Positions 1 to 9,089 of a stretch of DNA of 64,000 nucleotides are shown here, in pieces. Numbering within the stretch: position 1 is the stretch's first letter; every line of letters starts with the position of its first letter. The notes below the pieces were generated by a model. That model did no database searches. It saw only the letters and a list, made by a program, of their open reading frames with translations, and was not told where the DNA came from. Source of the DNA: an uncultured Methylomirabilota bacterium (lineage in GTDB: Bacteria; Methylomirabilota; Methylomirabilia; Methylomirabilales; 2-02-FULL-66-22); NCBI GenBank assembly GCA_963845565.1, contig CAWJSJ010000001.1, forward strand, positions 64,001 to 128,000, read 5' to 3'. The position numbers were made by a program, and so were the translations under genes.

Positions 1-5
1 TGAAC

Positions 6-137
6 CGCCAAGGCGCCACGAGGGGTAGCCACAAGAAGCACAAGAGGCACACGACTCTCCGGGAAAGTCCGAAGCCGAAATCCATTCCCTGTGCATCTTG
101 TGCTTCTTGTGGCTCATCTCGTCTGTCGGCCTTGGCG
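6..137. repeat. Nested inverted repeat built from 9-mer units
   Basis: 27-51 AGCCACAAGAAGCACAAGAGGCACA pairs with 90-114 (1 mismatch in 25 bp); outer arms CGCCAAGGC 6-14 and GCCTTGGCG 129-137. Confidence 0.85.
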
Positions 138-148
138 ACTATCCTCGC

Positions 149-982
149 TCACCCAAGATGTTGGCGCAAGTGGACGATCGACTCCCGGAGATACTGGTCC
201 AGGATACCGGGCGACGCGCCGTCCTTGATCGAGCAAAACGGGTCCGGGCCGGGGGGCGTCACCTCCAGGACCACGGCCCCGGCGTACCGGATGGCGCGAA
301 GCGCGTCGGCCGGCGGGCCGAGATCGAGGTGGCCGCGGCCCAGCCCTTGGCGGTTGGTGTCGGCGACGTGGACGTGCCAGAGACGGGCGCCGGCCATGCG
401 GATCGAGCCCGCGGGGTCGGGTTCCTCCAGGTTGGCATGGAACAGATCCAGGGTGGTCCCGACCCAGGGCGAGCCGACCGCGTCCAGATAGGCGAGCGAC
501 GTCTCGAGGTTCGTCACCAGATAGGCCTCGTACCGGTTCAAGGGCTCGACGCAGATCCGGACGCCGAGCCGCTCCGCCTCGCGGGCGGCGGCCTGCATCC
601 CGGCGACCGACCAGGCCCACTCCTCGGCAACCGAGGCGAGCGGGCGCAGCCGGGGCTCGCCCGACGGCAGCATCTGGGTGAGCGGCGCCCCGATCTCGGC
701 GGCGAAGCGGAGACAGTCCACCAGGTACCCGACGGCGTCCGCGCGGATCCCCGGATCCGGATGGGCGAGATCGCGCCGGGTGGCCGGGACGGTGCACGAG
801 GCGGTGAGCCCGACCGGGGTCAGGCCAGTCTGCGTCAGGGCCCGGCGGACAGCGCCGGGATCGAAGACGCCGGGCTCCCCCGGAATCTCCACGCCGTCGT
901 ACCCGGCATCGGCGATCCGGGCGAGGGTCTCCTCCAGGGGTGCGTCCCCGTAGATCCACGCACAGACGCCGAATCGTGGCAT
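149..982 (-). CDS. Sugar phosphate isomerase/epimerase, TIM barrel (D-tagatose/D-psicose 3-epimerase-like)
   Basis: Motifs GYDGVEI, CVEPLNRYE, LDLFHANLEE, HVHVADTNRQGLGRGHLD, VVLE; GGAGGAG RBS. Confidence 0.9.
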   Translation of the reverse strand: MPRFGVCAWIYGDAPLEETLARIADAGYDGVEIPGEPGVFDPGAVRRALTQTGLTPVGLTASCTVPATRRDLAHPDPGIRADAVGYLVDCLRFAAEIGAPLTQMLPSGEPRLRPLASVAEEWAWSVAGMQAAAREAERLGVRICVEPLNRYEAYLVTNLETSLAYLDAVGSPWVGTTLDLFHANLEEPDPAGSIRMAGARLWHVHVADTNRQGLGRGHLDLGPPADALRAIRYAGAVVLEVTPPGPDPFCSIKDGASPGILDQYLRESIVHLRQHLG

Positions 983-1003
983 GACTCCTCCTCCGGCGCG
1001 CGC

Positions 1004-3190
1004 CTACCCGGTCACCGATCCGTCCGCCGCCGGTCGGCGTGACAGCCACTGGGCCGGCAGGATACACGCCGCCAAAACCAGGATGAGCAGCGTGGACAGG
1101 GCTGCGCCGCGCCCGATGGTGCCGTATCCCGCCCACGAGAGTATCAGGATCGTCACCAGGTCGTGGCCCGGCGACACCAGGAAGATGACTTGGCTCACCG
1201 CCGTCATGGCACGAACAAAACTGTAGATCAGGCCGGTGATGATCGCCGACCGGATGAGCGGGATGACCACGCGACGCAGCGTGGTGACCGTTCCGGCCTT
1301 GAGAGTGGAGGAGGCCTCCTCCAGACTGGGGTCGAGCTGCGTGAGGGCGGCCACTCCGCTGCGAATCCCCACGGGCATCCCGCGGAAGATGAATGCCAGA
1401 ATGATGATCAGGCCCGTTCCGGTCAGCTGGAGCGCCCCGGCATTGAACGCCAGAATGTAGCCAATCCCCATGACCGTACCGGGGATGGCGTAGGAGAGCA
1501 TGGCCGAGAACTCGAACGCCGTGCGCCCGAAGAACCGATGCCGTAAGGTGAGATAGGCAATGAGGAGCCCCAAGCCGGCCGACGGGATTGCCGCGAGCAG
1601 GGAAAGGTACATGGTGTCGAGCAGGACCGGGACGCCGTGGCTCATCAGGTCCTGGTAGTTCTTGAGTGTGAAGGTGTTGTCGATGCCCCAGAGCTTGACG
1701 AAGCTTCCGAAGAGAATGGATCCGTACAGCAGTGCCGCCACGGCCGTGAAGAGAAGAAACACGCCGGTGAGCACGAGGTCGGTCGCCAGCGGCAGGGGAG
1801 TGGGGCGCCCCCCTGACGGCTTGCCGGTCACGGTGACGTACGACCGTCTGCCGAGCCAGTAGCGCTGGAGAAGGAAGATGGTCAGCGTAATGACCAGCAG
1901 GACCACGCCGTATACCGCCGCTTCGTGTTGGTCGAAGCGCCCCTCGATGGCGTAGAAGATCTCGGTCGGGAGAAAGGGAACGCCACCTCCCAAGAGGAGC
2001 GGGTTTCCGAAGTCGGCCAGGCTCTCGATCATCACCAAGAGGATGGCGTTGGCCAGTCCGGGGCGCATGAGAGGCCAGAGGACGGTCCGGAACAACGTCC
2101 AGTGATCGGCGCGCAGTGTCCGGGCCGCCTCCTCGAGTGAGACATCCAGCGAATGGATCACGCCGACCAGAACCAGATACGCGATCGGCGTAAACGCCAG
2201 GACCTGCGCCACGCCGACACCCAGCGGGCCGAAAAAGACGTTGGTGGAGAGGCCCAGCAGCGTGTAGGTGACGAAGCCCCGCCGCCCGAACATGTAGATC
2301 ATGGCGAGACCGAGGACGAAGGCCGGCGTGATGATCGGCAAGATCGACAGCGGGGCCAGGAGGCGTCGTGTCCACAACGTACTCCGCGACTCGAGGAGGG
2401 CGAAGATGAAGCCGAGTCCCGTGGAGATCAGGCCGACGCTGACCGCCAAGAAGAGGCTGTTCCGCAGGGCCCCCAGGCCCAGGGCCAGCATGGTGACGAG
2501 GCCGGCCGCCACGCCCAGCCCCACCCCCCGGGCCAGGGCCTGCGTCCACCGCCCGAAGATCAGGCGGATCCCCGCCACGGCCGCGGCGCCCACGACGATC
2601 CCCACGCCGGCCCCCCAGCGTATGGGGTCGGTGGGGAGCTCGGGATGACGGAGGAGCAGAAAGATAGGGGAGGCGAGGTACCGCCGCAGAGCGGTCGTTG
2701 TGAGGTGCCCCTGGATGAGGACACTCTCTCGGAGCATGCTCAGCAGCGGGAGAAGGATAAAGATGGCGATCAGGCCGGCGGTCCAGAGAATGGCGGCCGC
2801 GACGAAGGCGCCGCCCCGCACATAGCCGGCCTGCGCCAGGCCGATGCCCGCGAGCGCGAGCAGGCCGGCCAGGCAGAGGAGCGCGCCGAGGCCAAACGGC
2901 CGTCCGGCGGAAATGAGATGGTGCAGCGCAGCCGCCACGCCGAGCCCGGCGGTGGCGAGCACGATTCGCCCCCCCCGCCGGTCGCCCGATGCGACAGCGC
3001 CGAGGAGGATGACCGCAGAGGCGGCCAGACCGACCACGGCGAGCGGCCAGGAACCGGACGCGCGGGCCAGGCCGGTGTGGGGCCAGGAGAGGACAAAGAA
3101 CGCCTTCCCGACCCGTTCCCACGGAAGGCAGCCGAACCCAGCGAGGGTCAAGAGCCCCCAGACAATCGTGTCCCGGCGGTATGCGGTCAT
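1004..3190 (-). CDS. ABC permease, AfuB/FbpB type, two TM repeats plus N-terminal extension
   Basis: Two EAA loops (SLEEAARTLRA, SLEEASSTLKA); LADFGNPL motif. Confidence 0.9.
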   Translation of the reverse strand: MTAYRRDTIVWGLLTLAGFGCLPWERVGKAFFVLSWPHTGLARASGSWPLAVVGLAASAVILLGAVASGDRRGGRIVLATAGLGVAAALHHLISAGRPFGLGALLCLAGLLALAGIGLAQAGYVRGGAFVAAAILWTAGLIAIFILLPLLSMLRESVLIQGHLTTTALRRYLASPIFLLLRHPELPTDPIRWGAGVGIVVGAAAVAGIRLIFGRWTQALARGVGLGVAAGLVTMLALGLGALRNSLFLAVSVGLISTGLGFIFALLESRSTLWTRRLLAPLSILPIITPAFVLGLAMIYMFGRRGFVTYTLLGLSTNVFFGPLGVGVAQVLAFTPIAYLVLVGVIHSLDVSLEEAARTLRADHWTLFRTVLWPLMRPGLANAILLVMIESLADFGNPLLLGGGVPFLPTEIFYAIEGRFDQHEAAVYGVVLLVITLTIFLLQRYWLGRRSYVTVTGKPSGGRPTPLPLATDLVLTGVFLLFTAVAALLYGSILFGSFVKLWGIDNTFTLKNYQDLMSHGVPVLLDTMYLSLLAAIPSAGLGLLIAYLTLRHRFFGRTAFEFSAMLSYAIPGTVMGIGYILAFNAGALQLTGTGLIIILAFIFRGMPVGIRSGVAALTQLDPSLEEASSTLKAGTVTTLRRVVIPLIRSAIITGLIYSFVRAMTAVSQVIFLVSPGHDLVTILILSWAGYGTIGRGAALSTLLILVLAACILPAQWLSRRPAADGSVTG

Positions 3191-3200
3191 CTGAATTCAG

Positions 3201-3296
3201 GTCGAATGGTCGATGAGTCAACTGGTCAATCAGGAACGGACGGAACCAGAGTGCCCGGCCCGACCAATCGGCTCATCGACCCGTTGACGAATCGAC
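3201..3296. repeat. Octamer-array inverted element (4x GTCRAYNN, spacer, inverted copies), copy 1
   Basis: gtcgaatg/gtcgatga/gtcaactg/gtcaatca at 3201-3232; inverted arm 3261-3296. Confidence 0.8.
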
Positions 3297-3301
3297 GTCG
3301 T

Positions 3302-4324
3302 CTATTTCGGCAGCGGGAACACCTGGTCGGTCCAGCGCCGGATCAAGCCATCGCGGACGGCCGGCGTGCCGTACTTGGCGAAATCGTAGTTGACCAGGTT
3401 GGCCTCTTCGAATTTTGGCACGTCCGGATCGATGACGGACTTGCTGTGCGAGGGGATGCTCACCTCGCCGTTTTGCGGGCCGAGCCGCTGGTTCTCCGGC
3501 TCCAGGGCCCAATCGATCAGGCGCAGGGCGTTGGCCCGGTTGGGGGCGCCCGTGATCAGGGCGATGCCACCGATCTCGTAGCCGGTTCCGTCCTTCGGGG
3601 CCACGAACTTGATGGGGTAGCCCTTGCGCCCGCGCTCCACCACGTCGTTGGCAAAGGAGACGCCGATGGCGACCTCACCGCGCCCGGCCAGGAGGCTGGG
3701 GTCGCCGCCGCTGCGGGTGTATTGCGCCACGTTCCGGTGGATGGCCTTCAGGAGTTCGAACCCCTGGTCCTCCCCGTAGATCTGCACGATGGTCGTCATC
3801 ATCACGTACCCGGTTCCCGAGGTGTTCGGGTTGGGCGTCGCGATGAGGCCCTTGTATTTTGGATCACCCAACTCCTTCCAGGTCGTGGGGACCGGGAGTT
3901 TCTTCTCTTGGAGGATCTTCTCGTTCACGCCGAAGCCGTGGATTCCGGTGTAGAGCGGGATGTAGTGGCCGTCCACCGCCTTGGTCAACTGTGGCCGCAA
4001 ATCCCCCCAGGCCTTCGGCCGGTAGAATTCGAGCAAGCCCTCGGCCTGCGCGACCCACAGGGAGTCGCCGCTCCCGCCCAGCCACACATCCATCGTGGCG
4101 TTCCCCTTTTCCGCGCGCAGGCGGGCCAGGGACGCGCCCGAGGCAAGTTTCACGAAGTCGAGCTGGATGCCGGTCGCCTTGGAGAATTCGCGTTTGACGG
4201 CTTCGCACCAGGCGGGGTCGGGGGTGCACAGGAGATTCACCCGATTTTCCCCGGCCACAGCCGGGGAGAGCCACAGGAGGCCAATACCGAGTGCCACCAG
4301 AACCAGGACGCTCGTCCGTTTCAT
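3302..4324 (-). CDS. ABC substrate-binding protein, AfuA/FbpA type (sugar-phosphate/Fe3+)
   Basis: Signal peptide; PNPNTSGTGY, QYTRSG, GTGYEIGG motifs; AAGGAGG RBS. Confidence 0.9.
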   Translation of the reverse strand: MKRTSVLVLVALGIGLLWLSPAVAGENRVNLLCTPDPAWCEAVKREFSKATGIQLDFVKLASGASLARLRAEKGNATMDVWLGGSGDSLWVAQAEGLLEFYRPKAWGDLRPQLTKAVDGHYIPLYTGIHGFGVNEKILQEKKLPVPTTWKELGDPKYKGLIATPNPNTSGTGYVMMTTIVQIYGEDQGFELLKAIHRNVAQYTRSGGDPSLLAGRGEVAIGVSFANDVVERGRKGYPIKFVAPKDGTGYEIGGIALITGAPNRANALRLIDWALEPENQRLGPQNGEVSIPSHSKSVIDPDVPKFEEANLVNYDFAKYGTPAVRDGLIRRWTDQVFPLPK

Positions 4325-4400
4325 GACGCCCCTCCTTTTTCACCGACGCTTCTGCCGCTCACGACGCATGCCGCGCGCCGCTGTCACCACACCGGGGTTC

Positions 4401-5711
4401 TCAGGCCAAGACCTGGTCCAGATTCGCAAAGACCCGCTGGACCGCTTCCACGTACTTCTCCATCAGCGCGAGCGGCTGCGGGAACAGCGGGAACGTATGC
4501 GATCCGATGACCAGGGAGTCTTCCAGCAGCTTCAGCGTCTCGGGATACTCGGCGAGATCGTACTTCACCTCTTCGCCCAGCGGGCACCGCCAGGGGCACC
4601 CGAGCCCGTAGCCTGTCCGCTCCTGGAACAGGGTCTGGCCGGGGACGGGGACGGTCTGCCATAGGCTCGCCTCGACCCCCTCGGCCCCGAGGGCGGCCAG
4701 GAGCTTCAGCCGAAACTCCTTGACCGGCAACGTGACGCCCAGCGCTGCGGGGTCCAGCCGAAGGCGATACTGGTAGTAGCTCGACGTGCAGTCGGCTGGG
4801 ATATGAGGCGGGAGAATCCCGGGGATCTTCCCGAGATGCTCGGTGAGATAGGCGGCGTTCCGCCGCGTCTGGGCGAGCGAGGCGTCCAGGCGGCGGAGCT
4901 GGCTTCGCGCCAGGGCCGCGGTCAGCTCGTTCGACCGGTACATCCAGCCCATCATGAGGGAATTGTACTCGCGCGCGCCGTCCAGCGGCCGGGCGGGGTC
5001 GAAGGCCTTCTTGTCGCTCTCCCGCACGTCCTCGCCGAACATGCGGAAGCGGTTGGCGCGTTCCTTCAGCTCCTCCCGGTTGGTCACGAAGATCCCGCCC
5101 TCGCCGGCCGGCAGATTCTTGCTGGCCTGGAAGGAGAAGATCCCCATGTCGCCGATCCCGCCGACCTTCTTCCCCTTGTACGTGGAGCCGTGGGCTTGCG
5201 CCGCGTCCTCGATCACCAGCAGGCGGTGTTTCCGGGCGATGGCCAGGATCCGATCCATGTCCGCCGGGCAGCCGTGGATGTGGACCGGGATGATGGCCCG
5301 GGTGCGTGCGGTGATCCGCTCCTCGATCTTGTCCGGATCGATGTTGTACGTCCGGGGGTCGATGTCCACGAAGACGGGGACGGCGTTGTTCTGGAGGACC
5401 GCCAGCGCGGTGGCCAGGAAGGTGAAGGCCGTGGTGATGACCTGGTCGCCGGTGCCGATCCCCCCGGCCGCGACGGCCGTATGGAGCGCCGCCGTGCCGC
5501 TGTTGGTGGTGAGCGCGTGGCGGACCCCGCAATACCGGGCCCACTCGTCCTCCAGCGCCTTCACCTGGGGGGCGTAGGGCCCGGAGACGATGCCGGAGTC
5601 CAGCGCGGCCTGGACCGCGGCCTTGTCCTCTGCCGTGATCATCGGCCAGCGGACGTGCAGGGCTTTGGGGACGACCGGGGTTCCCCCGCGGATGGCCAGC
5701 GTCTCGGTCAT
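4401..5711 (-). CDS. DegT/DnrJ/EryC1/StrS family PLP aminotransferase
   Basis: Start MTETLAIRGG at 5711 after AAGGAGG; NSGTAAL, IEDAAQAHG, SFQASKNL (PLP Lys), GEGG. Confidence 0.93.
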   Translation of the reverse strand: MTETLAIRGGTPVVPKALHVRWPMITAEDKAAVQAALDSGIVSGPYAPQVKALEDEWARYCGVRHALTTNSGTAALHTAVAAGGIGTGDQVITTAFTFLATALAVLQNNAVPVFVDIDPRTYNIDPDKIEERITARTRAIIPVHIHGCPADMDRILAIARKHRLLVIEDAAQAHGSTYKGKKVGGIGDMGIFSFQASKNLPAGEGGIFVTNREELKERANRFRMFGEDVRESDKKAFDPARPLDGAREYNSLMMGWMYRSNELTAALARSQLRRLDASLAQTRRNAAYLTEHLGKIPGILPPHIPADCTSSYYQYRLRLDPAALGVTLPVKEFRLKLLAALGAEGVEASLWQTVPVPGQTLFQERTGYGLGCPWRCPLGEEVKYDLAEYPETLKLLEDSLVIGSHTFPLFPQPLALMEKYVEAVQRVFANLDQVLA

Positions 5712-6793
5712 GGCTTCCTCCTTGCGCTGCGGTGTGACGGCGGCGCCGGGGGGAGACCGGTGCCGCACGAGGAACGGATCACCAGGGCGTGTGCCACCAC
5801 GGTCGTCGAAAACACGTGCTGGTCGCCTTGCTCCATCTGGGCGATGGCCTGCCGGACCGCCAGGCGTCCCATCTCTTCCTTGGGGACGGCGACGGTCGTG
5901 AGCGGGGGCGTCGTGTGGGCGGCGTACTCGATGTCGTCGAACCCGACCAGGGCGATGTCGTCGGGCACGCGGAGACCGTGTTGGTGGATGGCCCGCAGCG
6001 CCCCGATCGCCAGGTCGTCGTTGGTGAAGATCGCCGTGGGGCGGACCGGCAGCGTGAGCAGCGCCTCCGCCGCGTCGTAGCCCCCCTGGAGACTCAGCGA
6101 GGTCTCCAGGATAAAACCCGCCGGCGGGGCAACACCCGCCTCGGACAACGCCCGGCGGTAGCCGCTGGCCAGCGCCTCGAAGAAGGGATGGCGAGCGGGG
6201 CCCCGGATCAGGGCCACCCGCTCGTGACCCAACTTGACCAGGTGCCGGGTCGCCTCGTAGGCGCCGCCGGCGTCGTCGCAGACCACGGCGTCCACATCCC
6301 GGAGCGGCGGCCGCATGTCCGCCAGGACCAGGGAGAAGCCGTTGGCGTGGAGCTGCCGCACGAAGCGGGGCGATACCTTGCCGACCAGGATGATCCAGCG
6401 GGTCATCATGTCGCGGATCATCTTGGGGTACTCGAGCGACTCGAGCGAATCCCCCAGACCGTAGCCGAACAGGAGGTGGCAGTCCCAGCGCCGGGCCTCC
6501 TCGGCGATCCCCTGGATGATGCCGGCGAAGTAGCTGTGGGCGGTGACCACCTCCCGGCTGAAGATGGTGCCGATGATGCGGTCTTGGCTCGGGGCGGCGA
6601 CGCGGGAGACGAGCTGCCGGGCGGCGGGGTTGGGGATGTAACCGAGCCGCTGGACCGCGGTCAGCACCTTCCGTCGACTGGCGGCGCTGACGTCGGGCCG
6701 GCCCCGGACCACCCGGGAGACCGTCATGATTGACAGCCCGGTGTGGTTCGCGATATCCTTCAGCGTGACCGGCGACCCCTGGGCCTTCGGCAT
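5708..6793 (-). CDS. LacI family transcriptional regulator
   Basis: HTH TLKDIA..SIMTVSRV, LGYIPNPAAR, VPDDIALVGFDD, PPLTTV. Confidence 0.95.
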   Translation of the reverse strand: MPKAQGSPVTLKDIANHTGLSIMTVSRVVRGRPDVSAASRRKVLTAVQRLGYIPNPAARQLVSRVAAPSQDRIIGTIFSREVVTAHSYFAGIIQGIAEEARRWDCHLLFGYGLGDSLESLEYPKMIRDMMTRWIILVGKVSPRFVRQLHANGFSLVLADMRPPLRDVDAVVCDDAGGAYEATRHLVKLGHERVALIRGPARHPFFEALASGYRRALSEAGVAPPAGFILETSLSLQGGYDAAEALLTLPVRPTAIFTNDDLAIGALRAIHQHGLRVPDDIALVGFDDIEYAAHTTPPLTTVAVPKEEMGRLAVRQAIAQMEQGDQHVFSTTVVAHALVIRSSCGTGLPPAPPSHRSARRKP

Positions 6794-6809
6794 TTTTTTG
6801 GCGGTTGAT

Positions 6810-6866
6810 TGTTAGCGTTACCGGTAAGACTTGTATACCCCGGCCGCCCCCGTTGTCAAGCGCTTT
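6810..6866. promoter_or_regulatory. Putative LacI-family operators in the divergent intergenic region
   Basis: Palindrome TTACCGGTAA 6818-6827, overlapping TGTTAGCGTTAC, and AAGCGCTT 6858-6865; all have the central CG typical of LacI-family operators. Confidence 0.6.
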
Positions 6867-6914
6867 CGCGGCCGACCGGGGACCGGCAGGCATCCGAAAT
6901 CGGGAGGCGATGCG

Positions 6915-7889
6915 ATGGCACCCGTCCGGATCGACCCTCACTGGCGATACCACGATCTGACGGCCATCGTCCTGGAGAACGCCCGCCTCCGCCTCACACT
7001 CCTCCCCGAACTCGGCGCCAAGATCTACGACCTGATCCTCAAGCCGGCCGACCGAAACTTCCTCTGGCACAACCCTCGCCTGGAGCCCCGGCTTCCAGTC
7101 TTTGGCCAGAACTTCGACGACTGGTGGTGCGGGGGCTGGGACGAGGTCTTTCCCACCTGCGACGTCAGCACCTACCGGGGCGAGACCTATCCCTATCTGG
7201 GCGAGCTCTGGTCCCTACCCTGGTCGTGGCGAGTGGAGGAGGACGGTCCATCGCAGGGCTGTCTGTACCTCAGCCGGACGACGGTGATCGCGCCGGCCCG
7301 GATGGAGAAGTGGATTCGGCTTGCGGCGGACGAGCCCGTGGTGCGGTTCCGGCACCGCCTGACGAATCTCGGGACGCAGCCGATGGACTTCGGGTGGGGC
7401 ATTCATCCCTGTTTTCGGCTGGAGCCTGGCTACCGGATCGACGCGCCGGCCCGGGTCGGAATCGTCGGCCACACGGCAACGGCCCCGTTCGGCCCGGTCG
7501 GCACCACGTATGCGTGGCCGCGGCCCGAGCTCCGGCAGGTACCGCCGCCCAGCCAGGGATGGTGCGAGGGGCACTATGCCACCGACCTGACCGACGGCTG
7601 GGTTGCCTTGACCGATCCGGGTGCGAAAGTGGGGATCGGCCTGGCGTTTCCCTGCGAGGTCTTTCCCGTGCTCTGGTGCTGGATGGTATTCGGGGGATGG
7701 CGGGGTCACTACCACCTCGCGCTGGAGCCCTGGACCGGCTGGCCGCACCAGCTGGACAAAGCGGTGGCGGCCGGCCGACACCGTACGCTCCAGCCCGGCG
7801 AATGCCTGGAGTGCGAGACGCTGGCCGTGGCTTACACCGGTCTCACGGCAGTGTCGAGGATCGGGTCGGACGGGAGTGTGCGAGACTAA
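6915..7889 (+). CDS. Galactose-mutarotase-like / aldose 1-epimerase domain protein
   Basis: LEN..LRLTLLPELGAKI, GGWDEVFP, GELWSLPW, WGIHP, LALEPWT; GGAGG RBS before ATG 6915. Confidence 0.8.
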   Translation: MAPVRIDPHWRYHDLTAIVLENARLRLTLLPELGAKIYDLILKPADRNFLWHNPRLEPRLPVFGQNFDDWWCGGWDEVFPTCDVSTYRGETYPYLGELWSLPWSWRVEEDGPSQGCLYLSRTTVIAPARMEKWIRLAADEPVVRFRHRLTNLGTQPMDFGWGIHPCFRLEPGYRIDAPARVGIVGHTATAPFGPVGTTYAWPRPELRQVPPPSQGWCEGHYATDLTDGWVALTDPGAKVGIGLAFPCEVFPVLWCWMVFGGWRGHYHLALEPWTGWPHQLDKAVAAGRHRTLQPGECLECETLAVAYTGLTAVSRIGSDGSVRD

Positions 7890-7968
7890 CGAGTGCAGCG
7901 TGGTATGGGCCCAGGGTCGGGCGGCTCGCGTCATGGCGACCGCGTGACCCCACACGGAAGGAGGCATC

Positions 7969-8982
7969 ATGAGACACGCATGGCGAGGGATCGGGATCGG
8001 GATCACGGCGGTTCTGGCGGCGTGGACGGGGCAGCCGGCGGCGGCCGCGGACCACGAGGGGACGGTGGTGGTGTACACGGCCGCCCAGAGCACGATCGTC
8101 CAGGCGGTCGGCCCGATGTTCGAGAAGAAGACCGGAGTGAAGGTGCAATTCGTGGAAGGCGGCACCGGCGAGGTGTTGAAGCGGGCGGAGGCCGAGAAGG
8201 CCAACCCGCTCGGCGACGTCTTCTGGGCCCTGGCGGCCGAGCCGCTGGCGGCCAACGCCGACCTGCTGGAGCCGTACACGGTGACGGAGGACGCCAAGAT
8301 TAACGCCATCTACAAGAAGGGGATGGCAGGCGGCCGCGTGCAGCCCAACAACGTGACCCCGATGGTCATCGTGTATAACAAGAAGCTGGTGAGCGACGCC
8401 GACGCCCCCAAGAGCTGGAAAGCCTTGGCGGATCCAAAGTGGAAAGACAAGATTGCCTATGCGGCGGCGGACAAGTCGGGCTCGTCCTATACCATCCTGG
8501 CGACACTTCTCACGGTGTTCGGGGATAACGCCGCCGGCTGGAAGGTCGTCGAGGACATTATGAAGAACGCGAAAATCCTCCCCAGCTCCAGCCGGGTACC
8601 TAAAGGGGTGGCCGATGGGGAGTATCATGCGGGCCTAACCTATGAGGACGCCGCCATGCGACAGGTGGCCGGCGGCGCCCCGGTGGGCGTGATCTATCCG
8701 CAGGACGGGACCTCCGTTCCGCCGGACGGGAACGCCCTGATCAAGGGGGCCAAACATCCCAAGGCGGCCAAGCTATTCCTGGACTACGCCGTGTCGAAAG
8801 AGGTTATGGACCTTCTGGCGGAGAAGTTCTCCCTGCGCTCGGCTCGGACCGACGTGAATCCGCCCAAGGGATTTGCGCCGCTTGGCGAGATCAAGGCCGT
8901 GGCCTACGACATGGAGTGGGCCGGGAAGAACTATCAGGCCAACATCAAGAAGTGGCAGGACATCATCGTGCGGGTGAAATAG
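7969..8982 (+). CDS. ABC substrate-binding protein, AfuA/FbpA type
   Basis: Signal peptide; GGTGEVLKR, DVFW, KSGSSY, YPQDGT. Confidence 0.9.
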   Translation: MRHAWRGIGIGITAVLAAWTGQPAAAADHEGTVVVYTAAQSTIVQAVGPMFEKKTGVKVQFVEGGTGEVLKRAEAEKANPLGDVFWALAAEPLAANADLLEPYTVTEDAKINAIYKKGMAGGRVQPNNVTPMVIVYNKKLVSDADAPKSWKALADPKWKDKIAYAAADKSGSSYTILATLLTVFGDNAAGWKVVEDIMKNAKILPSSSRVPKGVADGEYHAGLTYEDAAMRQVAGGAPVGVIYPQDGTSVPPDGNALIKGAKHPKAAKLFLDYAVSKEVMDLLAEKFSLRSARTDVNPPKGFAPLGEIKAVAYDMEWAGKNYQANIKKWQDIIVRVK

Positions 8983-9004
8983 CGGCAGCGGGGCAGTCTC
9001 TGCC

Positions 9005-9032
9005 ATTTCGAAATTCGAATTTCGAAATCCGA
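9005..9032. repeat. Heptamer tandem array (AWTTCGA x4)
   Basis: atttcga/aattcga/atttcga/aatccga. Confidence 0.75.
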
Positions 9033-9089
9033 AGCGCCGCAGACTGCACCCCCGCTCCTCTGTATAACAGATGAAAGACAGGATTTCCC

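Noticed and set aside
114..4510. Long ORFs 114-3221(-), 2153-4510(+) and many similar (e.g. 39542-42103, 47148-49214)
   Set aside because: Arg/Pro/Gly-rich shadow frames overlapping well-supported genes; expected in high-GC DNA.
5712..7070. 889-aa version of the aminotransferase
   Set aside because: The N-terminal 453 codons overlap lacI in another frame; the true start with RBS is at 5711.
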